Assembly (NCBI GenBank): GCA_016794445.1
Contig: JAEUKC010000164.1
Location: 4,944 to 68,943 of the forward strand
Length of the DNA: 64,000 bases
DNA from: Myxococcales bacterium
Lineage (GTDB): Bacteria; Myxococcota_A; Polyangia; Polyangiales; JADJMO01
Direction: 5' to 3'
Under the pieces are notes generated by a model. That model did no database searches. It saw only the letters and a program-made list of their open reading frames with translations, and was not told the origin of the DNA. Numbering within the stretch: the stretch's first letter is position 1; each line of letters starts with the position of its first letter. The position numbers were made by a program, and so were the translations under genes. Of the stretch, positions 8,165 through 17,353 are shown one piece after another.

Positions 8165-9529
8165 TCACTTGGTCACGGTGAGGTAGCCCTTCTCGCCCTT
8201 GTGATCGATGCGCATCAGGAGCGTGCCCTTGTCGCCCGCCTTCTTGATCTGGTCGATGGTCGGGTTGGGCACCCCGCCGGCCTCGAGGATCGCGTCGCCG
8301 GGCACGAGGCCCGCCTTCTCGGCGGCCGAGCCCACCTCGACGAACGAGATGTAGACCTGCGCCTTGCCGGTGAGGCCCCACTTCTGCGCGGCCTCCGGCG
8401 GGATGGGCTTCATCGTGATGCCGTAGCCCGACGCCGGGTTCGACTTGGCCTCCTCGGACGGCGTCGGCTTGACGGGGGGCTCGGGCCGCGGCGCGAGGAC
8501 CGCCTTGGTCTCGTAGGTCTTGCCGCTGCGGATGACCTCGATGGAGACGCTGGAGCCGACGTCGTGGTTGATGACCTCGCGGATGAGATCCTGCGCCTCG
8601 CGCACCGCCTTGCCGCCGACCTTCACCACGATGTCGCCGGGGACGATCTTGGCCGCCGCCGCGGGCCCCGTCGCCGCCGTGTCGGCGATCAGCACGCCCG
8701 CGTACGGCGCGGCGCCGAACGCCTTGGCGAGCTCGGGGGTGAGGGTCTGCGGGGTGACCCCGAGCCAGGCGCGCACGACCTTGCCGTTCTTGATCAGCTG
8801 CTCGCTGACGCGCTTGGCCATGTTGCTCGGCACCGCGAACCCGATGCCGCTGCCCTTGCCGACGATGAGCGTGTTGATGCCCAGCACCTCGCCGCTCAGG
8901 TTGACCAGCGGACCGCCGCTGTTGCCGGGGTTGATGCTGGCGTCGGTCTGGATGTAGTCCTCGACCACGTTCATGCCGAGGCCGCCGCGACCCTTGGCGC
9001 TGACGACGCCGCTCGTGACGGTGTAGCTGAGCCCGAACGGGGAGCCGACGGCGACGACCCACTCGCCGACCTTGGCCGCGTCGGAATCGCCCATCTTGGC
9101 GGCCGGCAGGCCGGTGGCGTCGACCTTGATGACCGCGATGTCGGTCGCCGGGTCGCGGCCCTTGATCTTGGCGGGCAGGATCTTGCCGTCACGCGTCTTG
9201 ACGGTGATGGTGAGCGCGTCCTCGATGACGTGGTTGTTCGTCATGACGTAACCGTCGGCGGTGATGATCACGCCCGAGCCGTTGCCATGGATGAGCGAGG
9301 ACTCCTTCTTCTTGAGCCACCAGCCCTCTCCCGAGTCGTCACGCACGGTGACGTCGATCTGCACGACCGACGGGGACACCTTCTCGGCGACCGCGATCAC
9401 CGCCTCGGAGAACTCCTTGGCCTGCTTGGTGGCCGCGGCGGCCACGGGCTTGTCCTTGCCCTGCGCGAACACGGGGGCCGCGGTGGCGAGCGCGGCGACG
9501 AGGGCGAGACCGACGAGAGAGGTGCGCAT
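8165..9529 (-). CDS. htrA: HtrA/DegP-family periplasmic serine protease with two PDZ domains
   Basis: MRTSLVGLALVAALATAAPVFAQG signal peptide. Catalytic motif INPGNSGGPLVN, with an upstream TNNHV His region. Two PDZ-like segments (GVLIADT..PGDIVVKVGG and VYISFVEVGSAAEKAGLVPGDAILE). Confidence 0.85.
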   Translation of the reverse strand: MRTSLVGLALVAALATAAPVFAQGKDKPVAAAATKQAKEFSEAVIAVAEKVSPSVVQIDVTVRDDSGEGWWLKKKESSLIHGNGSGVIITADGYVMTNNHVIEDALTITVKTRDGKILPAKIKGRDPATDIAVIKVDATGLPAAKMGDSDAAKVGEWVVAVGSPFGLSYTVTSGVVSAKGRGGLGMNVVEDYIQTDASINPGNSGGPLVNLSGEVLGINTLIVGKGSGIGFAVPSNMAKRVSEQLIKNGKVVRAWLGVTPQTLTPELAKAFGAAPYAGVLIADTAATGPAAAAKIVPGDIVVKVGGKAVREAQDLIREVINHDVGSSVSIEVIRSGKTYETKAVLAPRPEPPVKPTPSEEAKSNPASGYGITMKPIPPEAAQKWGLTGKAQVYISFVEVGSAAEKAGLVPGDAILEAGGVPNPTIDQIKKAGDKGTLLMRIDHKGEKGYLTVTK

Positions 9530-9631
9530 GGTCCGATCCTTTAGCCGGGAAACCGGCTGCTCGCCAAAACCTTGGCCAACGAGTAAACGAACGGGCATGA
9601 GAGGGGCTGTTCGCTCGTCCTACGGTGGAGA

Positions 9632-10945
9632 ATGAGCACACCCGTGGGTCAAGACGCGGCCGGCGCGGGCGAAGCGTGGCCGAGGGCGCTCATGTCTCGC
9701 TTCTTCCGGCGGGGCGACCTCCTCACGCGCTTCGTCGTGGCCTCGCTCGGGATCCACTCGCTCTCGGTGCTCCCCTGGGCCCGGATCCTCGCCTGGATGC
9801 TGGTGGGACTCGGCCTGCGCCCCTCCCCCATCGAGTGGAAGAAGGACACCGCCGACGCGCCCACGGTCATCCCGATCGACATCGACGCCCTCGACGACGG
9901 CAAGGACGATCCGGGCCCGAAGCCCCCTCCCACCGGCACCTTCGACCCAGGGGGGCAGGTGGTCGCCGGCGACGCGGGACCTCCCGCGCCCGAGGCGGGA
10001 CCGGAGACGGGCCCGGAGGCCGGCGTCGATGCCGGCCCCTCCGACGCCGCGGGCGACGCGCCCGACGCCGCGCCGATCAAGCCCAAGCGCATCAAGGACC
10101 CGAACGCCCTCGCCGGTGGCCTCGACACCCTGAAGCCCAAGAACAAGGAGGTCAACGTCTCGGTGCTCGTGCGCATGGACCACCTGCGCGCGCACCCCAT
10201 CGGCAAGCAGCTCGGCGGGAAGATCGCCAAGATCCCCGAGTGGAAGCCGTTCTTCGAGGGCACCGGCATCGACCCGGTGCGCGACCTCGACGCGCTCTAC
10301 GCCAACGGCCCGCGCTTCTACGAGACCTCCCGCGTCACCGCGATCATCGTACACAACAAGCCCGACGTCGCGATCTCGCTCGTGCTGCAGGGCATGAACA
10401 CGTCGTTCAAGGGCGAGTGGATCGGCGACGACGACGTGCCCGCCTTCCGCGCCAAGATCGACAAGGCCGACCGCGCCGTGGTGCAGATCCCGGGGGGCAT
10501 CATCATCACCCCGCTCGACGGCGAGAAGCAGGCCCTCGAGATCGCCCACGCGATGGTGAAGAAGAAGAAGCGCGCGTCGGACATGGTGCCGAAGGGCGAC
10601 GTCGACCTCGTGCTCGGCGCCTACATGCGCAAGCCCTCGAACGTGCTCACCGCCATCCCGGACGATCTCTTCGACACCAACATCACGATCCGGATCCGCA
10701 AGGACAACGGCACCATCCTCGACATCGACGCCAAGGCCAAGGACGACGCGCACGCGAAGGACGACGCCCTCACGGTCGGCAAGCTGATCGAGTCCGCGGT
10801 GCCCAAGGGCTTCGTCGGCGTCCTCGCCCGCAAGTACATCGCGGGGTACACGATCGGCGCCGAGGGCGACGTCGTGCGGTTCCACCACGAGCTCGACGGC
10901 GACCGCCTCGAGACGGCGTGGAGCCTGATCGGCGGCAGCCTCTAG
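9632..10945 (+). CDS. Hypothetical membrane-anchored protein with a Pro/Asp/Gly-rich linker
   Basis: ATG preceded by GGTGGAGA. One hydrophobic helix (ILAWMLVGLGL), a low-complexity linker, then a globular ~280-aa C-terminal region. I recognise no family. Confidence 0.55.
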   Translation: MSTPVGQDAAGAGEAWPRALMSRFFRRGDLLTRFVVASLGIHSLSVLPWARILAWMLVGLGLRPSPIEWKKDTADAPTVIPIDIDALDDGKDDPGPKPPPTGTFDPGGQVVAGDAGPPAPEAGPETGPEAGVDAGPSDAAGDAPDAAPIKPKRIKDPNALAGGLDTLKPKNKEVNVSVLVRMDHLRAHPIGKQLGGKIAKIPEWKPFFEGTGIDPVRDLDALYANGPRFYETSRVTAIIVHNKPDVAISLVLQGMNTSFKGEWIGDDDVPAFRAKIDKADRAVVQIPGGIIITPLDGEKQALEIAHAMVKKKKRASDMVPKGDVDLVLGAYMRKPSNVLTAIPDDLFDTNITIRIRKDNGTILDIDAKAKDDAHAKDDALTVGKLIESAVPKGFVGVLARKYIAGYTIGAEGDVVRFHHELDGDRLETAWSLIGGSL

Positions 10946-10954
10946 CGGCCGTCT

Positions 10955-11509
10955 CTAGCGGCGGCGGCGCGGCGGCGGCGGCTTCACGCTCGGGACCTTG
11001 CGCTGCGACGAGGGCGCGGCGATCCACTGCGTCTCCATCACGTCGAACAGGGCGTCGGCGAAGATCCCCGTGTCGTCGATGGTCTGCCACTCGCGCTCGC
11101 CGATCGCGCACAGCATCGCGTCCTTGGGCACGCGACCGGCCTCGATCCCGCGCTGCAGCGTCTCGGTGTCGACCGGTCCGACGACCCGCCCGCTCGCGGC
11201 GACGAACCAGTGCGAGGCGATCCGGCGCGCGCCGCTGCCCAGCACCTCGTGGAGGGGGCGCCACTTGGTCTCGCCCGCGGCGGCGACGAGCGCGGCGGTC
11301 GGCAGGAGGCCGTTCTCCACGCGCGCGCAGAGCTGCGCCAGCGAGAGGTTCTGGCCGAGCACGCGACCGCGGACGTCGGCGACGGAGAACGATGCTTCTT
11401 CGGAGGGGGCGAAGGAGGGCAGCATCCTGCCGTCTGCCAAGCAGGAGCCGTACCGTCGACGTTGCCCGGAGATTCGGCGCCTCTCCGTGCTCGAGCCTGT
11501 CATCCCCAT
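10955..11509 (-). CDS. GYF_2 (DUF4339)-domain protein
   Basis: Two GYF_2-like segments: FSVADVRGRVLGQNLSLAQL..G.L.....V...GETKWRPLHEV and WFVAASGRVVGPVDTETLQRGIEAGRVPKDAMLCAIGEREWQTI. The start may instead be MLPSF at 11425. Confidence 0.55.
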   Translation of the reverse strand: MGMTGSSTERRRISGQRRRYGSCLADGRMLPSFAPSEEASFSVADVRGRVLGQNLSLAQLCARVENGLLPTAALVAAAGETKWRPLHEVLGSGARRIASHWFVAASGRVVGPVDTETLQRGIEAGRVPKDAMLCAIGEREWQTIDDTGIFADALFDVMETQWIAAPSSQRKVPSVKPPPPRRRR

Positions 11510-11542
11510 GTGTCACCCGTCCCGTCGGAGTAGAAGACCCCG

Positions 11543-12520
11543 ATGCGGCGGGTCCTCCTGCTGACGACCCCGTTCGACCGTCGAGCGCACCTCGACGGCA
11601 CGCGCCGCGCCGTGCTCGATCTGCTGCCGGAGCTCCCCGGGCACGACGTCGCGCCGTGGGTGCTCGGCCGGCAGGGAACGCGTGTCACCGGCGCCGACGT
11701 GCTCGCCGTCGAAGGCCCCGCCGACGTGTTCGCGCGCATCCTCTCCTGGCTGCGCCCGGGCGACCTCGTCCACGCCTTCCTCACGCCGCGCCGTCGCACG
11801 GTGCTCGCGCTCCACGCCATCGAACGCCGCGCGCCGGTGCTGCACACGCTCACCTCGACACCCGTCGACAAGCTCTTGATGCCGCGGATGCAGCGCACGA
11901 TCGCGACGAGCGCGTGGGTGGGCCGGGGGCTCGACCTGCCGGTGATCCCGATGCCGTTCGCGCCCGAGCCGCCGACCCTCGCCGCGCCGTACAAGAACCT
12001 GCTGCTGTTCGCCGGTGATGCCCGCGAAGGGGGAGGCCTCCTCGAGACCGCGGAGGCCTTTCGCTCGATGTCGCTGCCGTGGGGCGTGCGGGCGGTGCTC
12101 GGGGTCGCTTCGCGCGCCAAGAACACGGGTGAGGTTTCGCTCGCGCGGGATGTCTGCGCGCGGACCCCGGACGCGGTGTTGCTGGGCGAGCAACCCTCGC
12201 TCCTCCCCCACCTCACCGCCGCGCGCGCGGTGCTGCTCCCGGCCAGCCACACCCACGCCAAGCTCGATCACCCGCGGGTGCTGCTCGAGGCGCTGTCGGC
12301 GGGCACGCGCATCGTCGTGGGCCCCGCGCCGAACCTCGCCGAGCTCTTGCCCGATCCGTCGCTCGGCGTGGTGGTCGACGGCGTGTCCTCGCTGCGCGAG
12401 GCGCTCGAGGACGCACTCGTGGCCCCGGATCCGGGGCCGCTCGCCGTGGCCCGCGTGCTCTCCGCCCGCAACCCGCGCCGCATCGCGGCGGCGTACGCCA
12501 AGCTCTACGAAGCGCTCTAG
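11543..12520 (+). CDS. Probable GT-B (family 1/4-like) glycosyltransferase
   Basis: The 325-aa layout is typical of GT-B enzymes: N-terminal RVLLLTTPF and a C-terminal E-x7-E-like region (PRVLLEALSAGTRIVVG). The call is weak because it rests on motifs only. Confidence 0.45.
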   Translation: MRRVLLLTTPFDRRAHLDGTRRAVLDLLPELPGHDVAPWVLGRQGTRVTGADVLAVEGPADVFARILSWLRPGDLVHAFLTPRRRTVLALHAIERRAPVLHTLTSTPVDKLLMPRMQRTIATSAWVGRGLDLPVIPMPFAPEPPTLAAPYKNLLLFAGDAREGGGLLETAEAFRSMSLPWGVRAVLGVASRAKNTGEVSLARDVCARTPDAVLLGEQPSLLPHLTAARAVLLPASHTHAKLDHPRVLLEALSAGTRIVVGPAPNLAELLPDPSLGVVVDGVSSLREALEDALVAPDPGPLAVARVLSARNPRRIAAAYAKLYEAL

Positions 12521-12528
12521 TACCTGAG

Positions 12529-13485
12529 CTACTTGCTCGCGGCGGCGATGGCGGTCGGTGCCTTGGCCATGGCGCTCATCACGGCGCCGTCGACGGCCAT
12601 GTCCTCGAGCTTCTCGAGCGACTTCTGGTTCTTCTCGGCGTTGGCGTTGCCGATCGTCGAGGCGTTGCCCTCGATCGAGCTCTTGATGACGGCGAGCTTG
12701 CTGAACGCGAAGGAAACCTTGGCCTGGATGCGCAGGTCGCCCGCGAACTTGGAGCGGTCGAGCGAGACGAGCCGCGCGTCGACCCCGAGCACGGGCAGCC
12801 CCTTGCTGCTCGCCTCGTTCAGGTACTTGCCGGCCGTGGCGGAGTCCGTCGGCAGCACGTAGACGCCGTCGATCCCGCCGAACTTCCGCCGCGCCGCCTC
12901 CTCGAGCACCTTGGACAGCTCGGTGGCCCGGACGTTCGTCTCGTTGTGGATCTTGTTGAGCTTCACGACGTACTTGGTGGTCGCCCAGTTGGGCGGACCG
13001 CTCGTCGTCACACCACCCCCAGCGTTCGAGGGGCCGCCGACGCCGCCGCTGGCCTTGAGCGAGGTGATCGCCGACTCCATCGCCTGCTTGGTGGGCGGGT
13101 TCTTCTCCTTGGCGACACGGTCCTCGAGCGCCGGCACGGCGAGCACGTCGCCGAGCTTGGCGAGGGCGCTGGCCGCCGCTTGGCGCACGGTCGGGTGCGG
13201 GTCGTCGAGGGCACCCTCGAGCGGCTTGCGCGCCTTGAAGTCGCCACTCGCACCGAGCTTGAGGCAGGCATCGACCCGGAAGCGGAAGTCCTCTGCCGTC
13301 TTGAGGATCTTGGCCTGCGCAGCGACGTCGATGCCCGCGGTACGCGCAGGGACGACCGCCAGCGCGAGCGCGGAAGACAGCAGGATTGCGACGAGACGAC
13401 CTCTCACTGCTGGCTCTGCTCCTTCGTGGTCAGGTGGTCCGTGGAGGCCCATCGGGATGGACGGGCCACCTGAACGACGATGCAC
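12529..13485 (-). CDS. Periplasmic HEAT-repeat-containing protein
   Basis: Signal-like LVAILLSSALALAVVPARTAG. HEAT/PBS-type repeat LEGALDDPHPTVRQAAASALAKLGDVLAVPALEDRV. The C-terminal half is unassigned. Confidence 0.5.
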   Translation of the reverse strand: MHRRSGGPSIPMGLHGPPDHEGAEPAVRGRLVAILLSSALALAVVPARTAGIDVAAQAKILKTAEDFRFRVDACLKLGASGDFKARKPLEGALDDPHPTVRQAAASALAKLGDVLAVPALEDRVAKEKNPPTKQAMESAITSLKASGGVGGPSNAGGGVTTSGPPNWATTKYVVKLNKIHNETNVRATELSKVLEEAARRKFGGIDGVYVLPTDSATAGKYLNEASSKGLPVLGVDARLVSLDRSKFAGDLRIQAKVSFAFSKLAVIKSSIEGNASTIGNANAEKNQKSLEKLEDMAVDGAVMSAMAKAPTAIAAASK

Positions 13486-13696
13486 CGATTTTCAGTCATC
13501 TGGCGTTTTCGTTCAACGGTGCAAAGGTGCGCGCTCGTCTCCATCGTAGGCAGGTTCCGCCCGCCACGGAGATACGCACTGTGGCGGAACACCGCACCCG
13601 AGGTGGTCCGCTGTGGGCGGCGGACGTAGAAGATTGACCTCCGGGGTCGCACCTACCTATTCCGCTCCGCTGCTCCGCTCCGCGGTCCGCCCCCCG

Positions 13697-16525
13697 ATGC
13701 CCTCATCCCCGCAAAGTCACCGGTCTCGCCTCGCCAGAGCCCGCTCTCTTGAAGCTTGTAGTGGCGAACCTTGCGCTGGCGAACGCCGCACTGGTGAGTC
13801 TCTCGCTGGCGAACCTGGAGGCCGACCGAACGGCCGGCCCTGGCGGGGCGCCCTCCACGTGCTCTGGCTCTTCGCCGCGACCTTGTTCTTCGGCATCTTC
13901 ACGGCGCCGCGGCTCGCCGCCCAGGGCGTCGGCGCCAAGCCCTCCGCGTCCGTCAAGCCCTCGGCCTCGACCAAGCCCCCGGCGGCTTCGGCGGCCAAGC
14001 CCGCCAAGCCCGGCGCCAAGCCCTCGGCCTCTGCGTCCGGAGCGGCTTCGAGCGTGGCCAGCGTGGCGCCGTCGGCCAGCGCCTCTGGCTCTGCCTCCCC
14101 ATCCGACGACGACCCTGTACCTCCCGTCGCCACGGCCAAGCCCGTCGCGCCCACCCTGCCGAAGACCACGGCCGAAGAGGCGGCCGGCAAGCTCGTGCGC
14201 AAGATCGAGGTCGAGGGCAACACCCGCGTGGCCTCGGACCGCATCACCGACTACCTGCGCCTCAAGGAAGGCCAGCCCTTCGTCCCGACCGATCTCGCGC
14301 GCGACGTGAAGGAGCTCTGGCAGAGCGGCCTCTTCGACGACATCGAGGTCGACCTCTCCAAGAACGACGACGGGACCATCGACCTCCGCTTCCACGTGCG
14401 CGAGCGCCCCAACGTCCGCGCCGTCGTGTTCGAGGGCAACAAGGTCTTCGAGACCGACAAGCTGCGCGAGGACGTCGAGATCAAGGAGAACACCGTGTTC
14501 TCCGCGCCCGCCGTGCGACGCAGCGTCCAGAAGCTCAAGGACAAGTACGCCGAGAAGGGCTACTTCCTCGCCAAGATCACCAGCGAGGTCGTCCCCCACA
14601 AGGACAACGAGGTCACCGTCAAGCTCTCCGTCGTCGAGGGCAAGGAGGTGACCATCAAGAAGATCACCTTCGTCGGCAACCACCACGTGCCGGACGACGA
14701 GCTCAAGGGGATCATGCTGTCCGCGCAGGGCGGCTTCCTCGGAATCGGCAGCGGCGCGAGCTACCGCAAGGACGTCTTCGAGCGCGACGTCCTCATGATC
14801 CAGGCGTACTACGCCGACAAGGGCTACCTCGGCATCTCGGTGCCGCCGCCGCGCGTGATGCTCACGCCGGACCGCGAGGGCATCGAGGTCACGGTCACCA
14901 TCGAGGAAGGCCCCCAGTTCACCGTCAAGCGCGTGGACGTGTTCGAGCTCGACCCCGACGGCAAGGAGATCGAGCCGCTCGGCGGGCGCAAGGCGCTCTA
15001 CGAGATGCTGAGCGTGAAGGTCGGCGAGACCTTCAACCGCGCGCTCCTCGTCAAGGACCTCCAGGGGGTCAAGACCCTCTACCGCGACCAGGGCTTCGCC
15101 AACGTCGAGGCCGACCCGGGCACCCAGCTCGACTTCGACAAGAAAGAGGTCAGCATCCGCGTGCCCATCAAGCGCGGGCCGCTGGTGAAGATCGGGCGCA
15201 TCGAGATCCGCGGCAACAGCAAGACGAGCGACAAGGTCGTCCGTCGCGAGATGGTGGTCATCGAGGGGCAGAAGTTCTCCGAGACCGGCCTCGAGGAGTC
15301 GCGCAAGCGCGTGCTCGCCCTCGGCTTCTTCGAGCGCGTCGACGTTTCCACCGAGAAGGGCGCCGTCGCCGACACCGTCGACGTGAACTTCGAGGTCGCG
15401 GAGCGGCCCACCGGCACGTTCCAGATCGGCGCGGGCTTCTCCTCGATCGAGCAGTTCATCGCGACCGCGCAGATCCAGCAGGCCAACCTGTTCGGCCGCG
15501 GCCAGTCGCTCGCGCTGCAGGCGCAGGTCTCCGGCCTGCGCCAGATGGTCAACATCCGGTTCTTCGAGCCGTACCTGTTCGACACGGACTGGTCGGCCTC
15601 GGTCGACTTCTACGACCAGCTGCGCATCTACGACTCGTTCTCCCAGACCTCGCTCGGCGGCTCGCTCACCCTCGGCTACCCGATCATCCAGCCGTCGCTG
15701 CGCTGGAACCTCAGCTACACGGCGGAGCGGGTCAAGGTCACCACGAGCACGACGAGCACGTTCTTCGGGACGAGCGCCGCGGTGAGCCTGTTCCAGCGCC
15801 TGCCGCTCGCCAACCTGTTCAACGACGGGTTCGTCTCCTCGGTCAAGCCGGCCATCGTCTACGACACGCGCGACAACCGCCTGTTCCCGACGAGCGGCAT
15901 CTACATGATCGCGTCGTCGGAGCTCGCGTCCTCGGCGTTCGGCTCGCAGAACCAGTTCCTGCGTCACCGCATCAACGCGCGCTTCTACTACAACCTCGGC
16001 GGCAACGTCGTCCTCAAGAACAACACCGAGTGGGGCCACGTCACGAGCCCCAACGCCGCGGGCGTGCCGATCTTCGCGCGCTTCTTCCTCGGTGGCATCT
16101 TCGACGTCCGCGGGTTCCGCCTGCGCTCGATCGGCCCGCGCCTGCCGCTCAACGGCAGCCTGGACCCGAACACGAGCATCTACACCAACGGCGCGAACAT
16201 CGGCGGGAACATGCAGCTCTACTCGAACTTCGAGCTCGAGTTCCCCATCCTCGACAAGGTCGGCATCCGCGGCGTCGTGTTCTTCGACGCGGGCAACGCC
16301 TGGAACCTCGAGGGCCTCTATTGCAACGTCGCGCGCGGCACCCCGACCGACAAGGTCGTCGACCCGTGCAACAAGAACATCCTCGACCTGCGCACCTCGT
16401 ACGGCTTCGGCATCCGCTGGTTCTCGCCGCTCGGCCCGCTGCGCTTCGAGTGGGGCTTCCCGACCCGCCCGCTCGCGTACGAGGACTCGAGCCAGTTCGA
16501 GTTCACCATCGGCAACTTCTTCTGA
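13697..16525 (+). CDS. bamA: Outer-membrane protein assembly factor BamA
   Basis: POTRA-like repeats (IRKIEVEGNTRV, IKKITFVGNHHV, VKRVDVFE, IGRIEIRGNSKTSDKVVRREM). Omp85 barrel motifs (RGF..RSIGP, VFFDAGNAW) and the C-terminal ...FTIGNFF. An Ala/Lys/Pro/Ser-rich N-terminal extension precedes them. The start is uncertain (ATG 13697, or the track start 13613). Confidence 0.85.
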   Translation: MPSSPQSHRSRLARARSLEACSGEPCAGERRTGESLAGEPGGRPNGRPWRGALHVLWLFAATLFFGIFTAPRLAAQGVGAKPSASVKPSASTKPPAASAAKPAKPGAKPSASASGAASSVASVAPSASASGSASPSDDDPVPPVATAKPVAPTLPKTTAEEAAGKLVRKIEVEGNTRVASDRITDYLRLKEGQPFVPTDLARDVKELWQSGLFDDIEVDLSKNDDGTIDLRFHVRERPNVRAVVFEGNKVFETDKLREDVEIKENTVFSAPAVRRSVQKLKDKYAEKGYFLAKITSEVVPHKDNEVTVKLSVVEGKEVTIKKITFVGNHHVPDDELKGIMLSAQGGFLGIGSGASYRKDVFERDVLMIQAYYADKGYLGISVPPPRVMLTPDREGIEVTVTIEEGPQFTVKRVDVFELDPDGKEIEPLGGRKALYEMLSVKVGETFNRALLVKDLQGVKTLYRDQGFANVEADPGTQLDFDKKEVSIRVPIKRGPLVKIGRIEIRGNSKTSDKVVRREMVVIEGQKFSETGLEESRKRVLALGFFERVDVSTEKGAVADTVDVNFEVAERPTGTFQIGAGFSSIEQFIATAQIQQANLFGRGQSLALQAQVSGLRQMVNIRFFEPYLFDTDWSASVDFYDQLRIYDSFSQTSLGGSLTLGYPIIQPSLRWNLSYTAERVKVTTSTTSTFFGTSAAVSLFQRLPLANLFNDGFVSSVKPAIVYDTRDNRLFPTSGIYMIASSELASSAFGSQNQFLRHRINARFYYNLGGNVVLKNNTEWGHVTSPNAAGVPIFARFFLGGIFDVRGFRLRSIGPRLPLNGSLDPNTSIYTNGANIGGNMQLYSNFELEFPILDKVGIRGVVFFDAGNAWNLEGLYCNVARGTPTDKVVDPCNKNILDLRTSYGFGIRWFSPLGPLRFEWGFPTRPLAYEDSSQFEFTIGNFF

Positions 16526-16554
16526 GAGGAAGCTGGGGGCTTCGGAGAGGAGGC

Positions 16555-16583
16555 CGGGGGCGGACATTTCCTGTCCGGCCCCG
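16555..16583 (+). terminator. GC-rich hairpin 30 nt after the bamA stop and ~45 nt before the imuA ATG
   Basis: cgggggcggaca / tttcc / tgtccggccccg forms a 6 bp + 5 bp stem with one G-G mismatch and no T-tract. The core CGGACA-N5-TGTCCG is a perfect palindrome. Confidence 0.4.
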
Positions 16584-16627
16584 AGTTGTGCGAGCCGAGC
16601 GAGGACCTATGCTGGACAAGCGTCCAG

Positions 16628-17353
16628 ATGGCCTCCTCTTCCTCCACCCTCGAGCAGCTGCGGCACGAGCTCGTCCAGCGCTTTCCGGGTAGTTTTCCGG
16701 GGATAGGCGCAGCTGGCAGCGTCGGCGGAGCGGCGCTGCGCAAGGCGCCCGTCCTGTGGGTCGAGGTCGCGCTCGGCCAAGGGGGGCTCGCCTGGCTCGC
16801 CGCGTGGGCCCTCCTCCGCCTCGCCGACGATCCGCTGGGCCGCCCCGCCCTCTTCGTCGACACCTACGGCACCTACCACCCAGGCGAGCTCCTCGATCTC
16901 GAGCGGCGCCTCGTCGTCGTCCGCCCCGAAGACCCGGCCGAGGCCCACGTCGCGGCCGACATCGCGCTGCGCTCCGGCTCCTTCTCGCTCGTCGCGCTCG
17001 AGCTGCACCGGAGCCTCCATCCCACCGCCCTCGCCCGGCTCGCCCGGCTCGCGAACGGTCGGCGCGGCGAGGCGCACACGCCCCTGGTCATGTTCGGCAC
17101 TCCACCCTCGTTCGTCTCGCCCCCGAGCGGCGTGGGCCGCACCTCGTTCCTCGAGGCCGTCACGGCGCTCTTCGGCGACCCTCGCCTCGTCCTCGGCAAC
17201 GAGTCCCCCCTCGATCAGGAATCCGACCATGCGCAGCCCGGTCACCCCCCGCGTCTCCCCCATACGACGGATCGCCTGCGTCCACTGGAGCGAGCTGCCG
17301 ATCGCCGCCCATCGCCTGCGGCTGGTCCACTCGAACTCCCAGAGCACGACTGA
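16628..17353 (+). CDS. imuA: ImuA-like (RecA/SulA-fold) SOS mutagenesis protein
   Basis: The size and layout resemble ImuA (VLWVEV...GLAWLAAWALLRLA...LFVDTYG...RLVVVRPEDPAEAHVAADIALRSGSFSLVALEL...LARLARLA), and it lies directly upstream of an ImuB-like gene. I prefer ATG 16628 over the non-ATG track start. Confidence 0.5.
   Translation: MASSSSTLEQLRHELVQRFPGSFPGIGAAGSVGGAALRKAPVLWVEVALGQGGLAWLAAWALLRLADDPLGRPALFVDTYGTYHPGELLDLERRLVVVRPEDPAEAHVAADIALRSGSFSLVALELHRSLHPTALARLARLANGRRGEAHTPLVMFGTPPSFVSPPSGVGRTSFLEAVTALFGDPRLVLGNESPLDQESDHAQPGHPPRLPHTTDRLRPLERAADRRPSPAAGPLELPEHD

Noticed and set aside
13703-16567. 954-aa ORF antisense to bamA.
   Set aside because: It is a shadow ORF with low-complexity Arg/Glu/Ala/Asp composition, whereas the plus-strand frame has POTRA and Omp85 motifs.
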